Shown in pieces: positions 25,986 to 35,873 of a stretch of 38,771 nt of DNA. This DNA comes from Bacilli bacterium (lineage in GTDB: Bacteria; Bacillota_I; Bacilli_A; RFN20; CAG-288): the NCBI GenBank assembly GCA_041670225.1, contig JBAXZU010000002.1, positions 1-38,771 on the forward strand, read 5' to 3'. The first letter of the stretch is position 1. The number at the start of each line of letters is the position of its first letter. Made by a program: the position numbers and the translations under genes. A model generated the notes under the pieces. That model worked only from the letters and a program-made list of their open reading frames with translations, did no database searches and was not told the origin of the DNA.

Positions 25986-27378
25986 TTCCTCCCTGTCCGC
26001 CGACTAAGATTTTTGATATCAGCAAAGTTGGCTGACCGACTTCGACACAGCAGCTTCCAGAGGAAGCTCCACACATTCCCGGAGCTCTGGATAAATCATT
26101 TCCAACCATGGTAATCTTTGTCAGAACTTCATATCCATAGCCAATCAATGAGACCGGCTTAATCATCTTGTCAATCTTCCCATCCTTAATCAGATAGGCA
26201 ATATCGCTGGTGAAGGTAAACTGATCAGTCGAAGGATCAACCTGTCCGCCAGTAAAGCCTTTGCAATAGATTCCATTCTTGACTGAGGCAATGATTTCCT
26301 CAGGAGTCGAAGTACCATTATCAATATAAGTATTGGTCATTCTGGTAGTAGGAAGATAGCGATATCCCTCTCTTCTGCAGGATCCAGTCGTAATATCAGT
26401 TCCGGAAATTCTTCGGGAAGTATATCGGTCAAGCATGTAATTTGTCAGTACACCATTCTTAATCAGAACATTCTTAGTCGGAAGTGAACCTTCATCATCG
26501 ATGTTCTCGGTTCCCCAACCATTTTCAATTGTTCCGTCATCAACAGCAGTCACAACCTCAGAAGCAACCATTTCACCGACCTTACCAGTGAAAGGACTGG
26601 TCTTATGGGAGATGGCACTGCCTTCAAGGGGATGTCCGCAAGCTTCATGGAAAAGAACGCCACCAAAATAATTGCCTAAAACAACCGGCATTTCACCGGA
26701 AGGGCCATCTTCAGCCGTCAGAAGTTCGACAGCTTCTTTAGCTAAAGAAGTCATCATTTCCGGATAATTGGTTCTTTCCAAAAGCTCAAGTCCGCAGGAA
26801 AAGCCTGGAGCCTGATAAGATTGCTGGAACTGTTTTCCGTCAGAGGAAATAACCGCACCGACAATTCTGGTTCTGACACGTCTATCACTAGCCATGACAC
26901 CATCGGAATTGAAGATTTCCACATATTCATCTTCCTCAAAAAGGGAGGTGGTGACATTAGTGACTAATGGTGAATAGGCATAAGCAGCCTTTTCTCCTTC
27001 TTCAAGATAAGAAAGCTTCTTTTCAGTTGACCATTGATTATGGTCAAGAGCAATCTTATTCAGATTCTTCATCTTCGGCTTCTTTAAGTCAGTGACTTCC
27101 TTCTTCTGAGAAGAAGAAAAGCCGACAGCCAAGCTTTCAGCCAGCTTCAGCAAGCCTTTACGGGAAATATCCGATGAATACCCATAGGAACATTCAGTTC
27201 CTTTCAATAAACGGATTCCGACACCGCAAGAACGGGAATCAGAAACATTGAAAACCTTATGATATCTTCTGGAATAGGAGTGGCTTAAGGAATCCTGATA
27301 GTAGATTTCCGAATAATCAGCACCGGTCTTTAATCCGGCATTCAGCACTTCAAGTGCAGTTTTCTTTGAAATTTTCAT
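25978..27378 (-). CDS. tldD: TldD-family metalloprotease
   Basis: The HEACGHPLEG (HExxxH) motif and the C-terminal GxC...GG pattern are present. The protein is 466 aa. Confidence 0.88.
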   Translation of the reverse strand: MKISKKTALEVLNAGLKTGADYSEIYYQDSLSHSYSRRYHKVFNVSDSRSCGVGIRLLKGTECSYGYSSDISRKGLLKLAESLAVGFSSSQKKEVTDLKKPKMKNLNKIALDHNQWSTEKKLSYLEEGEKAAYAYSPLVTNVTTSLFEEDEYVEIFNSDGVMASDRRVRTRIVGAVISSDGKQFQQSYQAPGFSCGLELLERTNYPEMMTSLAKEAVELLTAEDGPSGEMPVVLGNYFGGVLFHEACGHPLEGSAISHKTSPFTGKVGEMVASEVVTAVDDGTIENGWGTENIDDEGSLPTKNVLIKNGVLTNYMLDRYTSRRISGTDITTGSCRREGYRYLPTTRMTNTYIDNGTSTPEEIIASVKNGIYCKGFTGGQVDPSTDQFTFTSDIAYLIKDGKIDKMIKPVSLIGYGYEVLTKITMVGNDLSRAPGMCGASSGSCCVEVGQPTLLISKILVGGQGGND

Positions 27379-27380
27379 AA

Positions 27381-28535
27381 TTAACCTCGATTAATAGCTT
27401 TCTTTTCTTCAATAAAATTCTTATGGACAACAGCATGACTCTTCCTAAAAGCATTGATAACTTCTCTTATTGAACCGAACATAGCTTTTCTGATTGTAGG
27501 ATCCTTCCTGGCTGTCTGAACAAATTTGTTCAGAAAGGCAACCGGATTATCGAAGATTACCTGGGCATCCCTGATTCCGGTGTCAATCAATGTCATTCCA
27601 ATAGCCTGACTGACAGCTTTCTTCTTTTCGTCGGTATCAAGAGTGACTAAGGCTAACTCATTAAGAGCCATAGTGACAACACATGACATTTCCGTCTGAG
27701 AAGCTGCTTTTCGTATCTGACCGTCATCAATAATCCAATTCTGAAGAAAGTGACTGGAGATGAAATCTTTAGGAGTGGCGGTTTTCAGAACATAGCTATT
27801 AGGTTCAGCATAGAGCAGACCTCCGACAATATCATCTTCAGGAACCATCTTCACTATCCGCTCCTTGATTCTTTCATGTCCGGGAGATTCAAAGACATCT
27901 TTCAGTGAGCCAACTCCATCAAGAGAATAGACATTCAGAAGATAAGGATTTTCTTTTTCTGAAAGAGAACTGGATGCCACAACTGCTAGATTCCCGCCCT
28001 TAGAATGACCGGCTAAACGGAATTTAGTTTTCGGATGTTTCTTCATGGCCTTAAGCAATGAACTCTTAGCAAAGTTATGACAGGTCAGATTGGAAGATAC
28101 CATCAGATTGAAATTCTCAACCCAGCCATTAATGGTGAAATCTGTTCCCCTATAAACAATAAGAAACGTATCATCCGGCAAAATAAGAGTCATGGAGCAG
28201 AACTGAACATCATCAGCAAAAACATAAGAAATATCCTCTACCAGAATCTGACTATAGCGCAAAGAAAGCATCAGCTTCATAGCCAAAGCCAAATCCGGAG
28301 TTATCGAATAGTCTTTAGTCCGGACATCAAAGGAGGAGACCCATTTCTCACAGAGAGAACCTAAAAGTTCCGGTCTGAACTTATCATTGACCGGAACCAG
28401 TTTTTCAAACGGAAAGTAGGAAATAGCAGAAAAAACAATGCTATCAGCATCAAGAAAAGGAACCTCATTCAGTGAGAAAATTGAATATTGTGCAACAAAA
28501 TCCAGATAATTTCCAAAAGAACGTGATTCACTCAT
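27381..28535 (-). CDS. alpha/beta hydrolase of the DUF2974 / Mbeg1-like type
   Basis: The nucleophile elbow AGHSKGGNLA is preceded by VYRGTD. A helical C-terminal extension of about 130 aa follows. The family name is recalled from memory, not searched. Confidence 0.6.
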   Translation of the reverse strand: MSESRSFGNYLDFVAQYSIFSLNEVPFLDADSIVFSAISYFPFEKLVPVNDKFRPELLGSLCEKWVSSFDVRTKDYSITPDLALAMKLMLSLRYSQILVEDISYVFADDVQFCSMTLILPDDTFLIVYRGTDFTINGWVENFNLMVSSNLTCHNFAKSSLLKAMKKHPKTKFRLAGHSKGGNLAVVASSSLSEKENPYLLNVYSLDGVGSLKDVFESPGHERIKERIVKMVPEDDIVGGLLYAEPNSYVLKTATPKDFISSHFLQNWIIDDGQIRKAASQTEMSCVVTMALNELALVTLDTDEKKKAVSQAIGMTLIDTGIRDAQVIFDNPVAFLNKFVQTARKDPTIRKAMFGSIREVINAFRKSHAVVHKNFIEEKKAINRG

Positions 28536-28548
28536 TTTCTTGAATGAT

Positions 28549-30075
28549 TTACATTTTTCTCTTTAAAGTCGGGAAAATAAGAACATCACGAATACTATCT
28601 CTTTCAAGAAGCATCATGACAGTTCTGTCAATTCCGTAGCCGATGCCACCAGCCGGAGGCATACCATATTCAAGAGCTTCGCAGAAATCTGTATCAACTT
28701 CACAGGCTTCTTCGTTGCCGTTCTTCTTTTCTTCGACCTGCTCTTCAAATCTGGCTCTCTGATCAATTGGGTCATTAAGTTCGGTGAAGGCATTGCACAT
28801 TTCCTTAGTGGAAATATAAAGCTCAAATCTCTGAGTGAAGCGGGAATCAGAAGGATCTTTCTTAGCTAAAGGTGAAATATCGACTGGATGCTGTAAAACA
28901 AAGGTCGGCTGAATCAGCTTTTCCTCAACATACTTTTCAAAGAAGGCATTAAGAACATGTCCCCAGGCATAATGCTTTTCAACAGGAACATTGTATTTCT
29001 TAGCTAATTCCAGAGCTTCTTCCAAAGTCTTGACTTCATAGAAATCAACACCGCAGTTTTCCTTAATCAGCTCAGTCATGGTAGCCTTACGGAAAGGCTT
29101 AGCCAGATCAATTTCATTTCCTAACCAAGTAAGAGTGGTCTTACCGACAATGCTGGTAGCCAAATAACGGTAAAGCTCTTCGGTCATTTCTTCCATATCA
29201 CCTAAATCACCATAAGCCATATAGGCTTCAAGAGTTGTGAATTCAGGATTATGAGTGGTATCGATTCCTTCATTTCTGAACATTCTTCCCATTTCATAGA
29301 CTCTTTCCATACCACCGACTAAAAGCTTCTTTAAAGAAAGTTCGGTAGCAATACGAAGATAGAAGTCCTGATCAAGGGCATTGAAATGAGTGACAAAAGG
29401 CTTGGCATTGGCTCCGCCTAAGATTGGCTGAAGAATAGAGGTTTCAAATTCAACAAATCCCTTTTCATCAAAGAACTGCTGAATACCACGGACAATTCTC
29501 GGTCTCATCATGGCAACATAACGGGAATCTTCATTGACAATCAAGTCAACATATCTCTTTCTTCTTCTGTCTTCCGGATCAGATAATCCATGGAATTTAT
29601 CAGGAAGAGGACGGAGAGCCTTAACTAAGTGAGTGTATCTAGTGGCACGGATGGTGACTTCTCCAGTCTTGGTCTTCATCATAAGTCCTTCAATACCGCA
29701 GATATCACCTAAATCTGCCATCTTGAAGAGAGCATAGTTTTCTTCACCGACAACATCCTGACGGATATAAATCTGAATCTTTCCGGTACGGTCCTGAAGT
29801 GTGAAGAATGAGGCCTTGCCCATTTTTCTTAAAAGAACGATACGTCCAGCGATAGTAACACTGGCATCTTCCTTGACTTCTTCAGCCTGAAGATAGTCAA
29901 AATCTTTCTTCAGATCAGCGGCTTTGGCTGATACCTCATATTTCTGTCCGAAAGGATCAACACCTAAAGCTTTGTACTGTTCAAGCTTTTCTCTTCTGTG
30001 CTGTTCCTGATCGTTGAGCTGCTGTTGATAGTTTTCATTTTCAGCAACTGGCTTTTGATTCTTGTTTTCTTCCAT
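28549..30075 (-). CDS. lysS: lysine--tRNA ligase (class II)
   Basis: An OB-fold anticodon-binding N-domain is followed by class II motifs (FRNEGID, GGIGYGIDRTVM). The protein is 508 aa with a strong GGAGG SD. Confidence 0.95.
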   Translation of the reverse strand: MEENKNQKPVAENENYQQQLNDQEQHRREKLEQYKALGVDPFGQKYEVSAKAADLKKDFDYLQAEEVKEDASVTIAGRIVLLRKMGKASFFTLQDRTGKIQIYIRQDVVGEENYALFKMADLGDICGIEGLMMKTKTGEVTIRATRYTHLVKALRPLPDKFHGLSDPEDRRRKRYVDLIVNEDSRYVAMMRPRIVRGIQQFFDEKGFVEFETSILQPILGGANAKPFVTHFNALDQDFYLRIATELSLKKLLVGGMERVYEMGRMFRNEGIDTTHNPEFTTLEAYMAYGDLGDMEEMTEELYRYLATSIVGKTTLTWLGNEIDLAKPFRKATMTELIKENCGVDFYEVKTLEEALELAKKYNVPVEKHYAWGHVLNAFFEKYVEEKLIQPTFVLQHPVDISPLAKKDPSDSRFTQRFELYISTKEMCNAFTELNDPIDQRARFEEQVEEKKNGNEEACEVDTDFCEALEYGMPPAGGIGYGIDRTVMMLLERDSIRDVLIFPTLKRKM

Positions 30076-30150
30076 TTAATTTTCCTCCAAGAAGGTACAT
30101 ACAAACATAAATATTATAATTAAATATAATAAAAATACTAGCTTAAGCGG

Positions 30151-31428
30151 TTATTTAACTATATTTTCCGCATCAGTTCCGGCTAAGAAATCCTGAAGAT
30201 AGTCATCATAATTGATTATCAGCCTAGTAGGCTTACCTAATTTCATATTGGTTTTGGAATTGAGAACCGAACTGATTTCACTCTTGCCAGCCTCATTATT
30301 TTTTTCATCCGGAACAACCAAATCAAAAATCAGGCGGTCACAGCAGGAATCCTTAACTAATCGGAATTCATGGAAGGAGAACTCACCCGGCATTTCTTTG
30401 AGTCCTTCCTGAATCATGGATTTGTATTTTTCGGTATCCGGATCATCATAGCTGACTGGATCAAGATGAACAGTCAAACAGATAGCTAACTCTTCATTCA
30501 CTTCTTTTTCAATGGCATCACTGACTTCATGAGCCTCAACTAAAGGAAGCTTAGAATCAACTTCAATATGAATGACGGCATAGGAGATTTTTCCGTAAGT
30601 ATGAATAAAAAGATCATGCATGCCTAAGACCAGCTTATATTTTTTGACAATGCTGACAATTCCATCAATTACATCTTTATCAGGCTTTTGTCCAATAAGA
30701 ATATCAATACTTTCACGGAGAATGCCAATACCGGAAGTAATAACTAAGATGGCAACTGCAATTGTGAAGAAACAATCGACTGAAAATCCGGTAAACCAAG
30801 TAATAACAACACCAACAATAACAAGAATTGTTGAGATAACATCATTACGGCTGTCTTTGCTTAAAGCCAACAGCTGAAGCGAATCAATTCTCTTTCCTAA
30901 AGAATGATAAAGAAGTGACTGAAGCAGTTTGATTCCAACTGCCATAGCCAAAATAACGATAGTAACAATAAGCTTTGTATAGTCTTTATTTCCTTCCGCA
31001 GTCAAAAAAGAAGAATCAATGACGGGATGACCAGAAGAAGAAACCGACTGAATAAAGGCAACCAGATCAAGAATACCCTGATAACCCATAACAAATCCCA
31101 AACCGATAATGACACAGGAAATAATCAAAGCTGCAATATCTTCAATACGCTGATGGCCGAAAGGATGTTCTCTGTCAGGTTTCTTGCCTGCCAGTTTGAA
31201 TCCAAAAAGAGAAATAGTATTATTGCCAAAATCCGAAAGGTTGTTGACGGAGTCAGCAATAATTGAGAACATTCCTAAAATAATACCGATGATGATTTTT
31301 GAAAGAAAAAGAAACAGATTAGTGAACAATCCAAAAAAAGAACCTAGCAAGCCATAGTTCTTTCTGACAGTTTCGTTTTTTGTATTTTTGTAATCTTTAA
31401 CAAATATTTTTAATAAAAGGTCGGTCAT
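30151..31428 (-). CDS. cation diffusion facilitator (CDF) family metal efflux transporter
   Basis: Six TM segments with DSxNNLSD and FGHQRIEDIAAL motifs, plus a cytoplasmic C-terminal domain. GGAGA lies 7 nt before the ATG at 31428, whereas the track start is a TTG. Confidence 0.85.
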   Translation of the reverse strand: MTDLLLKIFVKDYKNTKNETVRKNYGLLGSFFGLFTNLFLFLSKIIIGIILGMFSIIADSVNNLSDFGNNTISLFGFKLAGKKPDREHPFGHQRIEDIAALIISCVIIGLGFVMGYQGILDLVAFIQSVSSSGHPVIDSSFLTAEGNKDYTKLIVTIVILAMAVGIKLLQSLLYHSLGKRIDSLQLLALSKDSRNDVISTILVIVGVVITWFTGFSVDCFFTIAVAILVITSGIGILRESIDILIGQKPDKDVIDGIVSIVKKYKLVLGMHDLFIHTYGKISYAVIHIEVDSKLPLVEAHEVSDAIEKEVNEELAICLTVHLDPVSYDDPDTEKYKSMIQEGLKEMPGEFSFHEFRLVKDSCCDRLIFDLVVPDEKNNEAGKSEISSVLNSKTNMKLGKPTRLIINYDDYLQDFLAGTDAENIVK

Positions 31429-31512
31429 AAAAATTCTCCGGTTCAAGCATTATAATTCTTTTTTAAAGAATATTGATGAGTTTTCTCTCTTAAAGTTTAT
31501 AATATCTTTGCT

Positions 31513-32193
31513 ATGAAAACAAATAAATACCGAAATATCGCTCAGCAGATGTCACAAGAACTTCTGCTAAATATCAATAAAGTCATCAAAGACCTGTCTT
31601 TTCTTCTTTCCTACAAGAGTGAATTCTTAGGAAAAGATGCCTTAAGCGAAGATGAGAGAATCAATGATGAGGCTTCTCAGAGAGTCTTCTCTTCCCATGC
31701 CGCCATTTATCCGCTTCTGCTCTCAGTAACTGAGCCATCAGTCATCGAAGAAGTCTTAATCAATTCCGAGATAGCCACTGAGCCTCTGATTGAAGAAATC
31801 CTGACTCTGTATGAATTCCGAAAAGAAAGTCTTAATCCCTCCATGCCATTATTTGATATTCATGGAATGGATAAAGATTCCTTCACTGATTCCGTCGAAA
31901 TCTTCATGCAGAGAATTCTCTTCTGCTTCCGACTTCATTACTGGATCAATGATATTCAGGATGGAATTCAGGAATATGGTGAGGAATGCTATCTTGTCTC
32001 TGATCAAGAAGATGAAGCTGACTTAGAAAAAGAAAAAGAAGGACTGTTCCTTGCTCCTGAGGAGATGGATGTTCCATCCTGTGCCAAAGAACTGATAAAC
32101 TATCTTTCCCAAATCAATGATGAAGATGATGAAGATGAATATGATGACAAAGTAGCCTTATTAAGCCTGATTAATGAAATTGCAAAAAAATAA
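31513..32193 (+). CDS. acidic cytoplasmic protein, unknown function (226 aa)
   Basis: Long ORF with a D/E-rich C-terminal third and no signal peptide. There is no SD. The ATG lies about 9 nt after a TATAAT box, so the mRNA may be leaderless. Confidence 0.65.
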   Translation: MKTNKYRNIAQQMSQELLLNINKVIKDLSFLLSYKSEFLGKDALSEDERINDEASQRVFSSHAAIYPLLLSVTEPSVIEEVLINSEIATEPLIEEILTLYEFRKESLNPSMPLFDIHGMDKDSFTDSVEIFMQRILFCFRLHYWINDIQDGIQEYGEECYLVSDQEDEADLEKEKEGLFLAPEEMDVPSCAKELINYLSQINDEDDEDEYDDKVALLSLINEIAKK

Positions 32194-32208
32194 CCGGAGG
32201 TAAATGCG

Positions 32209-32946
32209 ATGTATTACAGTAATTATGATCTTGAAGTCTCAACTATCGAAGAAGCCAAAAAGAAACTGACTAACAGTTATGCCTGTTTTATGGATTCAGT
32301 AGCCAAATTCGTCACTATCGCTGATTTTTATGAAAATCCTGAAAACGAAGGCAAAATGCTCACCCATGAGTTCCGTGACAATTATTTAAAGAACTATGCC
32401 AAATTAAAGGAAAGCTCAGTCGATGACATCGGATATATGATGGCTGATCATGCTGCATTATATATCGAATACATTGAAGACATCAAAGAAAATCTAACTG
32501 CCTACAATGAAATCATCAAAGGTCAGGATGAAACTCTTTCTGAATATGACAGAATCTGTGATCTTCTTGCCATCAAGGATGAATTCACTGATTTAGGACG
32601 TGATCTGAACAAGGCTAACCGCATTATCGGCAATGACAGAAGACTTGATACTCATAAGAATGATCCTGAATACGATATTCAGGCTCAGCTCCTCTGTTTC
32701 GAGAATCCTGAACTGGAAGCCATCAAAAAGGAAGCCAGAGAAGCCAAAGCCAAATTAAAGGCTGAGGAAGAAGCCGAATATCAGAGAAGATACGCTCAGG
32801 ATAATGAATACGATGACGAAGCTGAAGAAACAACTGAAGAAGAAAAAGCTGAGACTGAAGAAGAAAAAGCTCCTATCGAAGAAGAAGTTCCTTCTCAGGA
32901 AGAAGACGTTAAGGCTGAAGAAACAACTCCAGTTACTGAAGATTAA
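32209..32946 (+). CDS. acidic protein with a Glu-rich tail, unknown function (245 aa)
   Basis: GGAGG lies 8 nt before the ATG and 15 nt after the previous stop. A helical N-terminal ~190 aa is followed by an EEEKAETEEEKAPIEEE tail. Confidence 0.75.
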   Translation: MYYSNYDLEVSTIEEAKKKLTNSYACFMDSVAKFVTIADFYENPENEGKMLTHEFRDNYLKNYAKLKESSVDDIGYMMADHAALYIEYIEDIKENLTAYNEIIKGQDETLSEYDRICDLLAIKDEFTDLGRDLNKANRIIGNDRRLDTHKNDPEYDIQAQLLCFENPELEAIKKEAREAKAKLKAEEEAEYQRRYAQDNEYDDEAEETTEEEKAETEEEKAPIEEEVPSQEEDVKAEETTPVTED

Positions 32947-32986
32947 GTCTCTAGAGATGTAAGAGCAATAAAGGAATAAACATAAT

Positions 32987-33247
32987 ATGACAATTGATGA
33001 ATTAAAAAAGTCTGTCGAAATTCTTAAATCTGAAGGCTGGACCGAGGGAGAAGTCCTTGGTTCGTTCTACGCCATGTTTCAGGACGGCAAAGTCAACCTG
33101 AATGAATTCGAAGCTATGTGTGCTGTCATCGGCTACGAACTTACCGATGAATTTAAAAAGATGAGTCCCGAAGATCAAAGAACCAAGGGATACTATGAAA
33201 ATGATGAGGAAGAGACTAAAACCGAAGTCACCGAAAAAGAAGATTAG
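32987..33247 (+). CDS. small acidic protein, unknown function (86 aa)
   Basis: Third ORF on the same strand with an AAGGA upstream. About a quarter of the residues are D/E. Confidence 0.6.
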   Translation: MTIDELKKSVEILKSEGWTEGEVLGSFYAMFQDGKVNLNEFEAMCAVIGYELTDEFKKMSPEDQRTKGYYENDEEETKTEVTEKED

Positions 33248-33263
33248 AGCAGTAACTAGATAA

Positions 33264-34310
33264 TCAGTATTCTTTCATACTTTCAAGAATGACTCTTGAA
33301 AGATGTAATCCGCTAATAACATCCTTCCTAATAGGGAGGATGTTTTTCTTCATCTGTAAATACTCAGAAACACTAACCTTAGAAAGCAGGGGAGCAATAT
33401 CATTCAAAGAATTGACAGCTATACCAATTCTATTATCAATTACAAAATCGGCAATTGAACTTCCACTCCAGACAATGACTGGTTTCCCTGTTGCCATATA
33501 TAATCCAAACTTATGAGAAGTATTGATTTTTAAATACTTTCCGAAATTTCCGGTACATCCTGAAGATCCGTTTCCATCCCAGACCAGACCGAATTTTCCA
33601 TCCAGGACTTTTACTAATTCCTGAGGATTGAATTCTCCCTTGAATGATCCTTTATATGTTTCTTTCATTCCTTTTCCATAAAGATTTAATCCGCTGGAAA
33701 TAAGTTCGGAAGGAATTTGAGAAATAAAACTCGACTTTGCCAAATTTCCAGCAAAACAAATCAAAGCCTGATTATTGTTATTTTCAATATCCTCAGTCAG
33801 ATAATCCCAATACCGGTAATTGACCTTTCTGATTTTATTGCTGACTCTTAAATCCTGACTTAAGGCTTCATCCATTTCACTTGAAGCTGAAATCAGGCAG
33901 TAAGCCATATCAAGACAGGCTGAATCAACCATATTCAGAAGCATGTTCTGAAATCTCACGCCATCCAAATCATGAATAAAGAAAATGACTTTCACCCCTT
34001 TGGTTCTGGCATAAGAGACAATCTTAGAATAGCCTGCAAATTTTATAGCAAAAGGAAAATCCATAAACAGGAAATCCGAATCATGACAGCGTTTATCTAG
34101 GGCATCAATGACGATATCAATGTAATCACCCAATACTTTGGTATTCGAAGCAAAATATTTGACTTTGCGGTCATCAAGATCAATCTTCTTGTCTAACAGA
34201 GGCTGAAAACCAAGATTCTGATAGATTTTATGCAGATCATCCCTTGATTTGTTGAGAGCATTGAATCCGGTACCGGAAATATGAAAATCCGGAATATAGA
34301 AAACTGCCAT
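33264..34310 (-). CDS. WbbI-like glycosyltransferase (putative beta-1,6-galactofuranosyltransferase family)
   Basis: FGLVWDGNGSSGCTGNFGKYLKINTSHKFGLYMATGKPVIVWSGSSIADFVIDNRIGIAV closely parallels the conserved C-terminal block I recall from E. coli WbbI and Gram-positive EPS-cluster homologues. Confidence 0.65.
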   Translation of the reverse strand: MAVFYIPDFHISGTGFNALNKSRDDLHKIYQNLGFQPLLDKKIDLDDRKVKYFASNTKVLGDYIDIVIDALDKRCHDSDFLFMDFPFAIKFAGYSKIVSYARTKGVKVIFFIHDLDGVRFQNMLLNMVDSACLDMAYCLISASSEMDEALSQDLRVSNKIRKVNYRYWDYLTEDIENNNNQALICFAGNLAKSSFISQIPSELISSGLNLYGKGMKETYKGSFKGEFNPQELVKVLDGKFGLVWDGNGSSGCTGNFGKYLKINTSHKFGLYMATGKPVIVWSGSSIADFVIDNRIGIAVNSLNDIAPLLSKVSVSEYLQMKKNILPIRKDVISGLHLSRVILESMKEY

Positions 34311-35873
34311 TTATTTCACTCCGTTATTTTCCAGATAGAAATACTTGATATTCTCTTCAGGCTTCTTTAAAGCTGGATAAAGTTTAAGATAGACTTTCTT
34401 ATAAAGCTTATCATAGATAGCTGAATTATTCGGGTCAGGAAGAATTCTAGTCGGTTCCTTCACCATATTCTTTACAGCTTCTTCCGGAGTCTTATAAGTG
34501 CCATTAGCCAGATATCCTGACATAGCAGCTCCTAAAGAGGAACACTGACTGGAAGCAGATTTCCTGACCTCGATTCCGAAAACGTCGGCAATGATATGAA
34601 GAATAACTTCTGATCCGCTGCCACCGCCGGAAACAACAATATAATCAGGCTTCTTATGTGTCTTTTTCATAATAGCATCCAAAGCCTCACGGAGAGCAAA
34701 AGCAATACCTTCAAGGATTGCCCGATAGATATGATATTTAGTATGAATAGCACTGAATCCGACTATTGAGCCTTTGGAATTAGGTCTTGATAATCCCGGA
34801 CCCCAATAAGGCTGAAGAACCAAGCCATCACTTCCTGGCTTGATATCAAGAATCTTTGAATCCAGGTATTGTTCGATGGTCATCTTAGCTAGCTTTGCTT
34901 CTTTACGTTCGGCACTAGCAAATTCACGGATAAACCATCTGATCATCCATAATCCATGATAAATCTGGACTTCCAGATTATAAGCACCCTTGTATGGTGC
35001 CTGATAAGATGGAAGGAAGGCTTCTGGCTCAGAATACTTTTGATCAACAACATCAATAGTGCAGGCTGTTCCTAAAGAAATAGAGGCAACTGACTTATCC
35101 ACACAGCCATTTCCAAAAGTTTCACAAGCCTTATCACTAGCTGAGGCATAAACCGGCAAACCTTCCGGAATTCCGGAAAGAGCAGAGAACTCTGATGAAA
35201 CCTTGCCAATCACATCACCAACTCGAACTAAAGGAATTAAAGCAGAATACGGAATTCCGAAGACATCATATTTAGGATGTCCTTTAAAGAACCATTTGCT
35301 ATGAGCAAAATCAATCGGATAATGTCCGACACAGTCAGCCGAGGAAACAGTAAGGTTTCCGGTGATGCAGTAATTGAAATAGGCGCCGAAGGTACAATAA
35401 TGTTTCATTCTTGCCCAATTGTCAGGCTCATTCTCCATCAGCCACCAGGTTGGTGTTCTCTCTGCATTGAACTTAACGGTATCCAACATTCCGATAACCG
35501 AGAATAAGGCTTTCTCATACCACTTGAAATTACGATTATGAAGCAGAGTCACTCGCTGATCCAACCAAAGAATTGCATTTCTGATTGGCTTATTGTTTTC
35601 ATCCAGAATAACAGATGAATCACGGAAATCAACAACAACCATTCCTGATATTGTACTGAAAACAGTAGGATTTTCTTCCTTGATTGACTTAGTAGTCAGA
35701 CAAAGTTCTTCCATATAATAGTCAATATTTTGTTCAGCATAGCCCTCACGAGGTGAGAAAAAAGGTTCCTCATATTGAACTTGCTTGAATACCAGAGTAT
35801 TGCCAGAAGGATCAATAATCGACGTTCTGAGTGACTGGGTTCCTATGTCAACTACCAATAGATTCTTTTCCAT
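34311..35873 (-). CDS. FGGY-family carbohydrate kinase
   Basis: LLVVDIGTQSLRTSIID is the first ATPase motif, and VVSGGGSGSEV is the late motif. The ATG at MEKNLL is preferred over the 14-codon extension. The stop abuts the transferase ATG (TAAATG). Confidence 0.85.
   Translation of the reverse strand: MEKNLLVVDIGTQSLRTSIIDPSGNTLVFKQVQYEEPFFSPREGYAEQNIDYYMEELCLTTKSIKEENPTVFSTISGMVVVDFRDSSVILDENNKPIRNAILWLDQRVTLLHNRNFKWYEKALFSVIGMLDTVKFNAERTPTWWLMENEPDNWARMKHYCTFGAYFNYCITGNLTVSSADCVGHYPIDFAHSKWFFKGHPKYDVFGIPYSALIPLVRVGDVIGKVSSEFSALSGIPEGLPVYASASDKACETFGNGCVDKSVASISLGTACTIDVVDQKYSEPEAFLPSYQAPYKGAYNLEVQIYHGLWMIRWFIREFASAERKEAKLAKMTIEQYLDSKILDIKPGSDGLVLQPYWGPGLSRPNSKGSIVGFSAIHTKYHIYRAILEGIAFALREALDAIMKKTHKKPDYIVVSGGGSGSEVILHIIADVFGIEVRKSASSQCSSLGAAMSGYLANGTYKTPEEAVKNMVKEPTRILPDPNNSAIYDKLYKKVYLKLYPALKKPEENIKYFYLENNGVK

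Noticed and set aside
30076-30150. Possible T-box or other riboswitch leader upstream of lysS
   Set aside because: The gap to the preceding gene is only about 75 nt. That is too short for a T-box, and no specifier or antiterminator-like structure is visible.
33275-33300. Perfect 9-bp hairpin (ctttcaaga-atgac-tcttgaaag) near the convergent gene junction; considered as a bidirectional terminator
   Set aside because: It lies inside the last codons of the glycosyltransferase gene and is not followed by a U-tract on either strand.
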